From Nemertoderma westbladi (Eukaryota > Animalia > Xenacoelomorpha), in the NCBI GenBank assembly GCA_032718475.1, contig JAUCBJ010003048.1, positions 1-54,796 of the forward strand: 54,796 nt of DNA, given 5' to 3'. A program made the translations under genes and the position numbers. Positions 35,577-47,078 of this stretch are shown here, one piece after another; position 1 is the first letter of the stretch; each line of letters starts with the position of its first letter. The notes beneath the pieces were generated by a model, which ran no database searches, was not told the origin of the DNA, and saw nothing but the letters and a program-made list of their open reading frames with translations.

Positions 35577-36470
35577 TAAATATATTTCCTAAACGCAGAC
35601 TGACGATCTTTATAACTATCGATTCATTCAATATGCGAACCCAAGTATGGTTTATAGGAATATAATCAACACAGTAGTAAATGCAGTCGATGCAGTAATG
35701 ATATTCAAATAATTTATTTAATATACTGGTACCCTCTGCCCTTTGTTAATGCTTAGACAGTAAAAACGTAGACAATTAAAATACACAGAAATCCCATCAA
35801 ATAATAATAAACCTAATATTTTTGGATATAAGCCTTCTGCAGTGGTAATGTTATTGACTGACAATCATTAAATGAGATCTGTCTATTACCTGAGACTAAA
35901 GAACACAGACTCTACACGTTCGTGGGGCCTTCGCGCAGCACGAGGCCCAGTTATGAGATATAAATTAAATTGAGCGACTGTATCACAAAATCAGGTTTTG
36001 AAAAATTTACCCACACCACCAATCAATCAAAGAAAGGGGGACAGTACGTGTTCACCCCTTTTAATCCCCCCCCCCCCCCCACCCTTCCCAACCACCAATA
36101 CATAACCGCGACATCTACCACCCACGGAAGGGTAGCACGAACTTATTTTCAATCGCACGTTCAATATGCAAAGCCAGGTGGTTTATAGGAATATAATAAA
36201 CGCAGTACTCGTTTTCTTTATAAGCCTCGTTGCGTTCGTCCTGTTTTTTATTTAAATATATTTCTTAAACGCAGGCTAGGACGTTCTTTATAATAATAAT
36301 AACTAGGGATGCGATCAATATGTGAAGCCAGGTGGTTTATATAATAATTTAGTCAACGCAGTACTCGTCTTCATTATATGCCTCGTTGCGCTCGTCGCTT
36401 GTCCTGTTTTGATATAAAATATTTTTCCTAAACGCAGACTGACGATCTTTATACAGTTATAACTATGCGA
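35577..36470. repeat. Three partial copies of a 120-140 bp dispersed module
   Basis: atattt(t)c(c/t)taaacgcag(a/g)ct and gccaggtggtttata..aacgcagtactcgt recur at about 35580, 36170-36280 and 36325-36450. Confidence 0.6.
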
Positions 36471-36849
36471 AGTTTCGAAACTGTGCGAGTAACTGTTGAT
36501 ACATCTATGTATGTGGAGATGTGTGATACAACGCCAACGCATCGTATGCTGATGTAGTAATATGGGTATTGAAATAATATTAAATTAATGTACACTCTTA
36601 AAGCTGCAGCGAAAAAATGTAGCTAATTTCCTAGGTTACATATAAAATAATAATAATATTTTTAAGAACATTAATTTACTACTTTGCAAAAATTCAATTA
36701 AAAAATAACCAGACATATACATTGTGGAATAAACTATTTCAGAAACCTACAACAGCCATGCCATGGATAGTATTTATGTTATTATATCTGTCATTTACCT
36801 GAGATATTAACGATTATTTTGGTTAGGGTTAGTTGGTCAGGCCTCAACC

Positions 36850-36960
36850 ATAATTAAAACTGTCATGTAACTCTAACCCTAAGTCATCATCTAAGAAATT
36901 TAGCGGAATTTCTTAGATTATGACTTAGGGTTATTAGGGTTACATGGCAGTTTTAATTAT
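36850..36960. repeat. 111-bp hairpin
   Basis: ataattaaaactgtcatgtaactctaaccctaagtcatcatctaagaaatt and aatttcttagattatgacttagggttattagggttacatggcagttttaattat, with loop tagcgg. Confidence 0.85.
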
Positions 36961-39900
36961 AGGGTGGATGCCGCCGCCACTACTGTAACCAGCGAGATTC
37001 ATACAGTATAAAAATCCAATGGCCCTGTGGGTACACCAAACTGCATATTCCCAGTTATGTACCTAATTTATAAGTACAGTATAGGCCTAAGTAATTTTTA
37101 ATTAATCGATCATTTTTTAGTAAGTTTTTTTAAGTCAAATTATTATTAAGCAATTATCAGATTAATGATTATTATATTACTGTATTACAGCAGTGGATAT
37201 TTTTAGGAATTGTGGCATTTTTGTATAATTAGGAGCCCGCTCGACAGGCGGGATACTTACTGTAAAAATCTGCGGGATACTTACTGTAAAAATCTCAGGA
37301 TATATAACACTGACTGACTGAGAGATAATTATCAAGGTTCGGGCACTTCCTGCCTTGCGATTTTGTTGAAATTTTAAAAGTAAATTGCTTTGGTGGTTCA
37401 TAATCGCGTTACAAAATATCAGATCGATTCTATGTGTGGTATTCGATATATTTCGTTTTTTTGAAATTATTTTGTCGCGAAATTAAAAGCAATGGTAAAG
37501 TAACAATTCCCGTCATGAATTCCACGATAACGGAATTACATTTCGCAAGTAATTTTCAGATTCACAAGGGTGGAAATTTATCTTCCTCAAAAGTATATTC
37601 AATGCGACTGGTGTGAGGGGAAAGACAATTCTACACTTAGTTATGGAAATCGAAAAAATTAGCCAAAATTTAATTTCATTACTGTGTATTTGTTGTTTAA
37701 AAAATCGTCACGGTAATTACACGGCAACACGAATATAAAAAACTGGTGTTTTGTAAACAAGAATTGCTGCGAGTTGGATGCAAATTTGAGTTGTAAAACT
37801 TACTTGTAGTACTTCCTAATATTTGCTGCTCACATTCAATAAACTATTATAAATAATAAATTTAACAATTTCGAGTTTCAAAGGTTTCTGATCGTAACGG
37901 TAATTACAAAACTAAACGTCACGGAATTACGGTGCGAATTTTTTACCTAATTTACACTGCAATCAGTTGTAAAACTTTTAATTTACGAAATTTAGCAAAA
38001 TGTCTTCGATTATAGCAGCTTAACTTCGGGTTAGGGCTGTATGTAGCTGTGTAGGGCAGTAGAGTTACCATAGGCCGACCCAGCTACCATTACATGAAAT
38101 CATTGAAGACAGCCTAACAGATTGCCACAACCTAGGAAAATAGAGATACTACTACCAGTACTGTAACCATCCAATTAGAGCCGAGTACTCGATTACTAGC
38201 AAAAATATAGTGCAATAACCCGTGCTATTTATTGACTGTCGTTTATTGTTTTGGTTATATTAACTTGTCACTGTAACCTGATCCATTCCCTTAAAATCTC
38301 AGGAACTAACGATATTCATTGGCCGTGGTAGTTTGGTTAGGATGTCTATAATGTCTTGTACCATTGCACGAGCATGGCAGTTTGGAAGTTTTAATTGGAT
38401 TAACTAATTGAGGTTGAGGGTAACCAAAATACTAAACCATTTTTGAGTCCAGTTACATATCGTCAGTCTTTACATGAAATATCTTTCAACCAAATATCTT
38501 TGAGACATTAGATCTTTACAGAACCAGGACCTAACGTCGCAGGGCCTAATGTCTATTGAACCTAACATCACGTCACGTCATGACCTATCATATATTGGAC
38601 CTAAGGTCGCTGGACCTAAAGTCGCAAGACCTAATGTCAACGTCTAACCTTAATGCAGTAGTGATGCAGAACATCCAAGGGCCCCGTCTGTATTTAAATA
38701 ACCCGCAATATTCAAATATCTAATCAATGGGATAAGTAATTCCGTTACACAGTGTAATTCCGTTACCAAAATATGTAATTCCGTTACACTGTTTGTAGCC
38801 TTCTGTGACGTGTCAGATATTCCACTGCTTGGTGAAATGGTAGCTCTGGTAACCAATGCAGAGATTATTGAACATTAAATATCTGATGGTAGTACAGTAG
38901 AACTTGTAATACCAAGAAAAATATAACATTTTCGTAACGGAATTACAAAATTCGCAAGGGTGTATCTATTTTTTTTGAAATTTAAAAAAAATATAGAAAT
39001 CACAAGATATTAGATGAAGTGACCTTTGTAATCGTGAGTAGGAAGGCCAAAGAGAAATGTTTTACTGTTCTATTGACCTAGACATGTGATTATTATGAGA
39101 AAAAAGACACATAAACTTCCCAAATATTCGCAAATAGAAAGTAGAAAATTTTGAAATATTTTGCCAAAAGTTTTAGAGGCTATAAAAATTAACCCAATTA
39201 AGCAATTTCTGTAATATAACCATTTTTGAGAACCTAAATGTTTACAGTTTCGACTCATGGGGAAAAAATTTGGATTAGAGAAAGTTACTTTTTTTGTTCC
39301 TTGGTTGACATTTTCGTGGAATTCATGCTGAGCTGCTGCAGCAGCTAGCTGTGTAGGAATGGTTGAGTGCAGGGCTGCCTGAGATAGAATTCCATCAATG
39401 CAGAATTTCTTGACTACACCCCTCCTGCTGCTGGCTGCTTGCTGAGTCTATACATCCTTTATCAGCTCTCAGGGATAGACAGAAAATAGTTGAGTTGTCA
39501 ATAAACAAAATAAAATATACCACGCAGTAGGATTATATTATTATTCCACTAATCCTTGGGCTGATTATTTCATTTCGTATAGGATATATGGTAGAATGTT
39601 CTTAAAAATAATATTATTATTTTTTTATTACATAGGATTAGCATCATTTTTTAGCTGAAGCATTAATAGTGTAAATTAATTTAATTATATTTTAATACCA
39701 TTTTACATTGGCATACTGTAAGATAAGTTTTAACATTTCTTACAAATAGTGGTGCGAGCATAAATCAAATCACGCAAATTTAAAAGAACCGGGTGTGTTG
39801 TCATAGCAAAGTTTAATTTTTTATTATGTGGGACGAGCCACAAAGTCAGCTAGCCCCATGCCTTATAGTTTAGACAATTGTTTAGTTTACTTACTGCTGA

Positions 39901-40113
39901 CCGACAAGGTTTATTCGTAATAGTCTTGTAAATAGTATTTTTCCCCGGGCTCCTTCCAGCCAGCTTGCTGGCTTTCTAGTAATAAATCAATTTGCAGTTT
40001 GTGGCATTTATTAATGGGTAATTAGCAGTTTTAGTTAATTAGGTAATTATGCAATATTACAGTGCAATGTATGCTAATTATTATGTGTTCTAAAGATAAT
40101 TAATAATAATCGT

Positions 40114-40182
40114 AATATTCTCTACCGGTACCAACTAATATTCTCTACCGGTACCAACTAATATTCTCTACCGGTACCAACT
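40114..40182. repeat. 23-bp perfect triplication
   Basis: aatattctctaccggtaccaact x3. Confidence 0.9.
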
Positions 40183-40660
40183 GTGAGAACTTCTGGCTAC
40201 TTTTATACTATGTAATTGAATGAGCCATCTACCAGTAAATGAAAGTTAATTTATTGTAATTGTTAGACCGATACTGGCCGCTAGGTGGTGCACAAGTTAT
40301 AATACAGTTGTGACAACAGGCAATGGATTTAAGTGAGTCAGTGAGTACCGTTTCGGGCTTCCGGCCAACTGTCAGACTGTTAGTACAGTAGTAGACCTAC
40401 TGTCTGACTGTAGTACAGTAGTAGTACCGGTAACACTACACACGAGTCTGCTAGTGTTACTAACTCATGTAACCACTGAAATCTAACCAAATACTAAAGT
40501 ACGGAAGTATGAAATTAGGATCGTAATGCTCAAGGCTGCAAGGAGCGATGCTTTGCTGCTTTGGGGGGTGAGCTGTTTTCCAGTTTTCAGGTTTTATTTT
40601 GATATATTTCTTCATTATTTAACTTTATGTGGCCTAATTTCGAATTATACGGTACCGGTA

Positions 40661-41014
40661 TACCGGTGTAACGTGTAACAGATAATTTTCACTCCTCATG
40701 CAAAATCACCCCCCGGTTAAAATTCCCTAGTGTATTCTCACTCCCGGTGTGTATTTTCCGTAGTGTATTTTAATTTTTAACCCCCTCCAGTGAAAACCAC
40801 CCCTGCCCTGCATTTATCAATTTTCACTCTGTGCAAATCCATCCCCGATTAAATTTCCTTCGTGTATTCTCACTCCCGGTGTTTTTTTTTTGTATCTTCT
40901 ACAGTCTGACAGTACTTTACTGTATAGGCCTACAAATCTCAAAATACAGAAATACACTAGTGAATTTTAACGGGGGGTCGTTTTAGGGGGTGGAAATTCT
41001 CTGCTACACCGGTA
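40661..41014. mobile_element. About 350-bp MITE
   Basis: taccggtgta and tacaccggta termini; ttaaaattccctagtgtatt pairs with aatacactagtgaattttaa. Confidence 0.55.
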
Positions 41015-42008
41015 CAGGTACATGCAGTAGGTAGGCCTAATGGAAGAATGGTGGAGTCAATCTAGCAAAAAACCTATTAAATTGACTATAAACGTATTTT
41101 GCAATCAACCCGAACCACATTTTTTGGATTCGATATTACCGGTACCTTGTTACCGGTAATGCCCAAAAAAAGTGTATAAAATTTTACAAAATTTTACAGT
41201 TTACAAATTTTGCGGATCATATGTACGTCCCCTATTGCCTATATAGGCCTATGTCAGTATGTTTATTCATGGAAATTCTGCGAAACTTATATATTTCCAT
41301 TGCAGGGAAATGTAATAATTTCCATTAATGTTAGCGAGATTTTTCACATGATACAATTGGGATTGATGTATCTTTAGTTCTGTACCGGTAGTTTAGCGGT
41401 AGGTGTAATTAATTAATTTGTTTTAGTTTAAAAATAACAATTGTTTATCAAATGCTAGGTATTTTTTTTGGAATAAGGGTTTTTGCGGTCGACAAATGGG
41501 CTGGGTTACATACCGTTTTGTAGAGAAGTTTTGTTAATAAGCTTCCCATTTTGTACCAGCCAAAATGGTGGTAGTAAAAACGAGGAAATTATTATACAAA
41601 TTTTCGTCGCTCCGGAAACTGAATTGGTAACTATGTAATAGTGTATAGCTAAAGTTTGTCTACGCCTAGTTTGGAGAAAACCCCAACAATAGTTTCCTCG
41701 TTGCTATGTAAAATCCATGTTGCTAAGAAAAGCTGTTGCTGATACAAAAAAAGTTGCTGATACACACACATAATATATTTTTAGACTTTTTTTTGGGTAT
41801 TTTGGGTTTAGAATAAATAAAAATTGATTTGGATGAGTTGCGAATTTGTTATGGGTTGAGTTGAGTTATGGGTAGATTAGTAGATTGACTCGCCTATAAC
41901 ATTTATACCTAGTTTATACTGTACAATAAGTACAGTAGGCCTAAACATAGTTTAACAATAACCTCTCTAAATCATTTTTTATGTAGGCCTACCTGTACAT
42001 GAAATAAA

Positions 42009-45000
42009 ATGGATCGAAAAAGAAAACAATTAACTATCGAGGATATGATTGGCAAAGGAGTTGCTGCTTGTCTACCTGACGTGAATAACCAACAAGATAA
42101 TATAATATTAGACCATTCAATGAATGGTGAAGGCGAGTCCTTGTTTTACGAGGATATTGACGAAATGGATTTAATTAATATGAAAGATCCGCCGGCATTT
42201 CAATCCATTAGCAATAAAGATGATTCTGGGTTCGATATGCAAATGGGTTCCTCATGGATCTATCCAATCAATTACCCAATCCGAGATTATCAGTTTAATA
42301 TATGTAATGTTGCTTTATTTGAGAATACCTTGGTGTGTCTTCCTACTGGTCTGGGGAAAACATTTATTGCCGCCGTTGTTATGTACAACTTCTACCGCTG
42401 GTTTCCAGATGGAAAGATTGTTTTTATGGCCCCCACTAGGCCATTGGTGGCCCAGCAAATCAAAGCTTGTTGCGATATAGTGGATATTCCTCCGGATCAT
42501 TGTATAGAGATGACGGGAAGGATGATACAGAAGAAACGAGTTTGTGCTTGGAAGGATAACAGAGTCTTCTTTCTGACACCTCAGGTGTTTAACAATGATG
42601 TTTCCAGCGGTCTCTGTCCACCGGAAGGTGTCCGTTGTGTGGTTGTAGACGAAGCACACAAAGCGGTCGGTAACCACGCATACTGTCAGGTACTAACTAC
42701 CTTGGAGCGCTGTCCTGTGTCTGCATTCCGAGTTTTGGCTTTGTCGGCTACTCCTGGATCTGATCTGAACGCCGTTCAGTTGATGGTGTCTAATCTTTTG
42801 GTATCCCGCGTTGAGATTCGCACTGAAGATTCCATAGATACTGCTAGATACGTAAACTCACGATCTTTGGAACGGCGTGTAGTACCTCTAGGATTGGAAC
42901 TTTCAACCCTTAGAGATTCCTACCTCAAGGTCATTGAGGGAGTCATCAACCGATTAACTCATAATCGGGCTATGTTCGCAAAGAATTTACTTTCACTTTC
43001 TAAATTTGAGCTATTGAAAAACCGTGAGTCTTTCCGCGCGTCATCGAATCATCTCTCATCCAAGGTTCGTGGTTATGTCGAAGGCGATTTTGCCTTGTCT
43101 GTTACACTCTATCACGGGTTAGATCTCCTACTTCTGCACGGGAAACATAGTTTCTACTCTTTTATTTCCTCTAGTATTTCATCGTCAAACAAACTTAGGT
43201 TCGAACTCAATAAATTCCCAGATCTATTGAACCAGCTCGAAGTTATGCGCGTAGAATTCGAGCCTCGCAATTTCTCTGTAAATAAATCTTACATATTGAA
43301 TGAATCCCGCGAAGGTCAACGTCCCCTTCCACTGGGTTCTAGTCAGCTTCCACCGCCCCCTTTCAGCCACCCTAAAATTAACGCACTTGAAGATTTAATT
43401 GTTGAACATTTTTCCCAGTTTGCGGAAGATCACGATAAGAATCAACAAACAGAAGATATAAACTCAACATACAAATGCGACGATCCTCTGTCTAATAAAA
43501 ACCCTAGTTTATCATCTAAAGAAAATGTTAAGGATGTCACTAATAGCAGTACAAATGGGCTGTCGAGTCGTGTGATGGTATTCTCATCCTTTCGGGACTC
43601 AGTTCAGGAGATCACCAACGTTCTAAACTCTCATTGGCCGATAGTTCGTGCGATGGCGTTCATTGGACAAGCTTCTGGAGCGCAGGTGTCCGCCGCTTCT
43701 CGCGGGTTCACTCAGCGCGAGCAGCTCGCTGTGATTAGTCGCTTCCGTTCTGGCGGGTACAATACACTCGTATCGACTTGTGTTGGTGAGGAGGGACTCG
43801 ATATTGGAGACGTGGATCTTATCGTTTGCTACGATATTCAGCGGAGTCCTTTACGGATGATCCAACGGATGGGACGTACAGGGAGACGCCGCAAGGGGCG
43901 TGTTGTTGTCCTGCTGACCGAGGGCAAAGAGGAACTCACATTAAATCAATGCCTTACCAACCAAAAGACTCTCCATAAAACACTCGGAAACAAACTACAT
44001 CTCCTCAAGATGTATAAAAACTCTCCTCGTTTAATTCCTTTGCAATTTAAACCTACCTGTAATAAAGTTATCTTTGATACTTCGAATAAAATAAAGGAGC
44101 CGCTAAAAACTATCCCAAATCAGTCTAATGTTAAGAAAGTTAAGGAGCCAGTAAAGAAATCCCAGACAAGAAAGAAGAAAGATACACTGAAAGTAACACC
44201 AATACCTGAACGAAATGTTAGAAGATTGGAAGACCTCATGCATTTACAGGCAGACAGTGACTTTCAACCAAAGTCGAATGACTCTCTAAACTCTCCATTA
44301 GCAGTGATCAAAGCAATTATTGCTGATGTTTGTGGGTCTGATGTTGATAATATTTCTGATGAAACTCAAGCTATTCCTACAGCCCCACATCTAGATCTTA
44401 AGGTAATTGATGAAGTAGATAATGTTGATGAAACTAAAGTAAATTGGGTTGTGTCAAGTCACATAAATACTCGTGTAAAAAATTATGTTTATGATGGAAA
44501 ATTAGACCAATTAGAGGATTTGCCGAGAGACCGTGAGCTAGGACTCTTCTTTACCAATAATATACACATAGCGACTAATTACCTTGAAAGACCTAAAACA
44601 GATATTAAATTCGGTATAAATAATTCAGACATTGATTTAAGGAGTACTCACGATCTTAATGTTGACGCTATGTTGAATGAGCTTGAGTATAAGGGTAAGC
44701 TGGGCGTGGTCGACGATGTTAACGAAAAAATAATTTCTGCCGATCGCGAATTGAGTAATTGTTTTGATGTAGAACAGTTGTTTGGTGACTTTGATGGAGG
44801 AGTTGATGATAAAGAAATTCTTAATATAACTACCGGTGTAACTGGTAATACTTATTTTCCTATTCCTCATAGCTACAATAACGGCAATTATATCGCTACT
44901 GGCTTAATCAGTAATCAGTGTATTCAACCCATTACACAGAGCTCCAATGGCACTGCCAATTGCACAAAAGTTAGTTTCCTACAAACGTATTCCTCCAGTC

Positions 45001-45746
45001 CAATCACACATGCCAGTCCCCGGAACACTTCCTATAGCAGTCCTAAAGGAATGTGTACCAGTCCAAGAAGCATCCATTCTACACCCCAGTGCAGTAGTCA
45101 AGTACATTCTACTACAGTATCGTCTTGCAGTACATCCCATTATTCGACTTGCAGCAGTCTACATAGAATAGGAAGCAGAAATCGTCGGCGCCGTCTAAGT
45201 TCAACCTCGTCCAATGACCAACTCAACTCTTCCTTGCAGTCAGACACCTATCAACAGACACGTTCAAAACCCGAACCAAAATGTTGCGTTAAACGTGTTC
45301 GAGTTAACCCTTTTATTGACGACGAGGCTTCTTTATCTGACGGCGGTTTCGCTTGTAATGTATCTTCGGATGAAACGGGCAGCCATCTCGACGATTCATT
45401 GGTTGGTTTCATAGACAGGGGAAGTATTATTTGCGAGAGTCCCGAGACTGGCATGTATTTGGAGTCTGTTGCTAATAGAACGCCTGCCAATCCTACTGGC
45501 TATAAACTCGCGAGGTCTTCCGAGTACCAACCAATCGTCTACTCTCAGGACCCCGGCTCTGAGTCATCTTCATACGAACACGATAGTTTCTGCGTGGATA
45601 ATCATTCGGGGGTCAGTGACATAGCTGATCATAGCCTCTCAGCGGATGTCCGACCTAAGAAATCGACACAAATATACAAAAGGTCGAAATTTAGAAGGTT
45701 GCATTTTGCGGAGGAACAGTCTTCTAGTGAAGATGCTATATTATAA
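42009..45746 (+). CDS. FANCM: FANCM/Mph1 DEAH-box DNA translocase, single coding exon, 1245 aa, no C-terminal ERCC4 domain
   Basis: WIYPINYPIRDYQ, LPTGLGKT, VVVDEAHKA, ALSATPG, GEEGLDIGDVDLIVCYD and IQRMGRTGR; metazoan FANCM C-terminal motifs FIDDEASLS..SSDE..DDSLVGFI..MYLESV and YEHDSFCVD; AATAAA at 45755, 45775 and 45815. Confidence 0.95.
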   Translation: MDRKRKQLTIEDMIGKGVAACLPDVNNQQDNIILDHSMNGEGESLFYEDIDEMDLINMKDPPAFQSISNKDDSGFDMQMGSSWIYPINYPIRDYQFNICNVALFENTLVCLPTGLGKTFIAAVVMYNFYRWFPDGKIVFMAPTRPLVAQQIKACCDIVDIPPDHCIEMTGRMIQKKRVCAWKDNRVFFLTPQVFNNDVSSGLCPPEGVRCVVVDEAHKAVGNHAYCQVLTTLERCPVSAFRVLALSATPGSDLNAVQLMVSNLLVSRVEIRTEDSIDTARYVNSRSLERRVVPLGLELSTLRDSYLKVIEGVINRLTHNRAMFAKNLLSLSKFELLKNRESFRASSNHLSSKVRGYVEGDFALSVTLYHGLDLLLLHGKHSFYSFISSSISSSNKLRFELNKFPDLLNQLEVMRVEFEPRNFSVNKSYILNESREGQRPLPLGSSQLPPPPFSHPKINALEDLIVEHFSQFAEDHDKNQQTEDINSTYKCDDPLSNKNPSLSSKENVKDVTNSSTNGLSSRVMVFSSFRDSVQEITNVLNSHWPIVRAMAFIGQASGAQVSAASRGFTQREQLAVISRFRSGGYNTLVSTCVGEEGLDIGDVDLIVCYDIQRSPLRMIQRMGRTGRRRKGRVVVLLTEGKEELTLNQCLTNQKTLHKTLGNKLHLLKMYKNSPRLIPLQFKPTCNKVIFDTSNKIKEPLKTIPNQSNVKKVKEPVKKSQTRKKKDTLKVTPIPERNVRRLEDLMHLQADSDFQPKSNDSLNSPLAVIKAIIADVCGSDVDNISDETQAIPTAPHLDLKVIDEVDNVDETKVNWVVSSHINTRVKNYVYDGKLDQLEDLPRDRELGLFFTNNIHIATNYLERPKTDIKFGINNSDIDLRSTHDLNVDAMLNELEYKGKLGVVDDVNEKIISADRELSNCFDVEQLFGDFDGGVDDKEILNITTGVTGNTYFPIPHSYNNGNYIATGLISNQCIQPITQSSNGTANCTKVSFLQTYSSSPITHASPRNTSYSSPKGMCTSPRSIHSTPQCSSQVHSTTVSSCSTSHYSTCSSLHRIGSRNRRRRLSSTSSNDQLNSSLQSDTYQQTRSKPEPKCCVKRVRVNPFIDDEASLSDGGFACNVSSDETGSHLDDSLVGFIDRGSIICESPETGMYLESVANRTPANPTGYKLARSSEYQPIVYSQDPGSESSSYEHDSFCVDNHSGVSDIADHSLSADVRPKKSTQIYKRSKFRRLHFAEEQSSSEDAIL

Positions 45747-47078
45747 CATCCATCAATAAATTATTATTGGAAGTAATAAAATGTGCTAATAGTATGATAA
45801 TAATTATATTCCTAAATAAACAAGTAATTGCTGACTGTTGAGTTGATTGTAATTGAGTTGATTGATTTCGAATATAGTATGAATAATACTTACATCCATA
45901 TCATTTTGTCTAAATTATTGTCTAAAAGGTTATTATTGTTTACGACAATGGTCCTAATTGGCTTCTCGGAGAAAAAAATAACATTTTTAATGCCATAATT
46001 TATTGTTGCCTCAAAACCGTTCATGGTTGGTAATGAATTTAAACAAATCCACCCTACTAATCCTAATTTTTCTCACACATTATTTGTAATGCTACTCAAA
46101 AGTTATTCAACCATACCAAATAACATAATTTACCCAAAACATTGTTTTAATGTCCCAGGTACTTGTTGATTTTCTCGAAATTAATACTTAGATTAAGGGG
46201 GGGGGGGGGGGGGGGGGGAGGGGTTACTGGCTCTCGAATTGAAATTTACCCAAAGCAGAAGATTACTGGCTGGTCCTCGCGGCGAAAGCAACCACCATCA
46301 AACGTGGAAACTCAATTTGAATACTGCGACCAGGAAAACCAATATAAGTAAACTTTTAGCTAAATGGTGAGCCATTTTCTTATATTTTAACGGACAGTCA
46401 GTTAGACAGACAGATAAACTAGATTTCATTCATTGAAAGTGAAAACAGACCTCAGAATTGAAATTGAATGGAAAACCTCCGAGGTTCTTAAAAGACAATT
46501 GTCTCGGCATGGTATTTTTTCGTTTTTATAATACTACTACTCTGCCATTTATCAATCAATTTGTATGTTCTTTATCTATTGAAAACTAGTGTGCTCAAAA
46601 ATAAAATTCGAGCAGTTGTTTTAGTTTTGAAATTGTTTATCTGTTACTGGTATAACTTTTTTAAAACAGTGGTTTTTTTGAAAATTTGAAATTTATTTTG
46701 AAAAATGGCGATATTTTCCTTGAAAAGTACGAATCAAACTGCGAGTGCTAATTCCAAAAAACATAATACAAGCGTAACGAAGCGTAACGAAGGAGTATTA
46801 TTTTAAACCAAAAATATTAATTTTGGCCCTGGCCGCTACAATGAGCGTCAAAATAAATTTTTTTTTAATCTCCTTTCAATATAGTCCACCCAAAATGTAT
46901 CTTATACTTTATTTCTATTTATTCGCTTTTTGGAGCAATATGCATTTCAAAATGTTGACTTTCAAGCCAGGATCGGTACAGCCCCTTAAATCTGTGGTAT
47001 TGAATTCATATCTCTCCGGAAGTCGTAGGTCTATAGGGGGGATGATGGGGAACGAATTTGTGACAAACTTGTGCCATG

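Larger units (their letters stand above)
32881..35577 (-). mobile_element. RTE family A RT fragment (outer element), split into 35577-35201 and 33026-32881
   Basis: PIGDISFAEIK..VPKKGNLT..NQNGFSKGHGNMEP continues after the insert as ILALRIIVEELSIKKDRQLAIIFVDFFKAFDSV, colinear with the copy at 5201. Confidence 0.88.

Noticed and set aside
32800-35577. Domesticated or functional RT system
   Set aside because: All RT pieces are truncated, frameshifted or interrupted, with tails and TSDs typical of ordinary LINE insertions.
41695-41765. GTTGCT-containing motifs resembling RFX X-boxes upstream of FANCM
   Set aside because: Half-sites only, with no full palindromic X-box; could be a repeat remnant.
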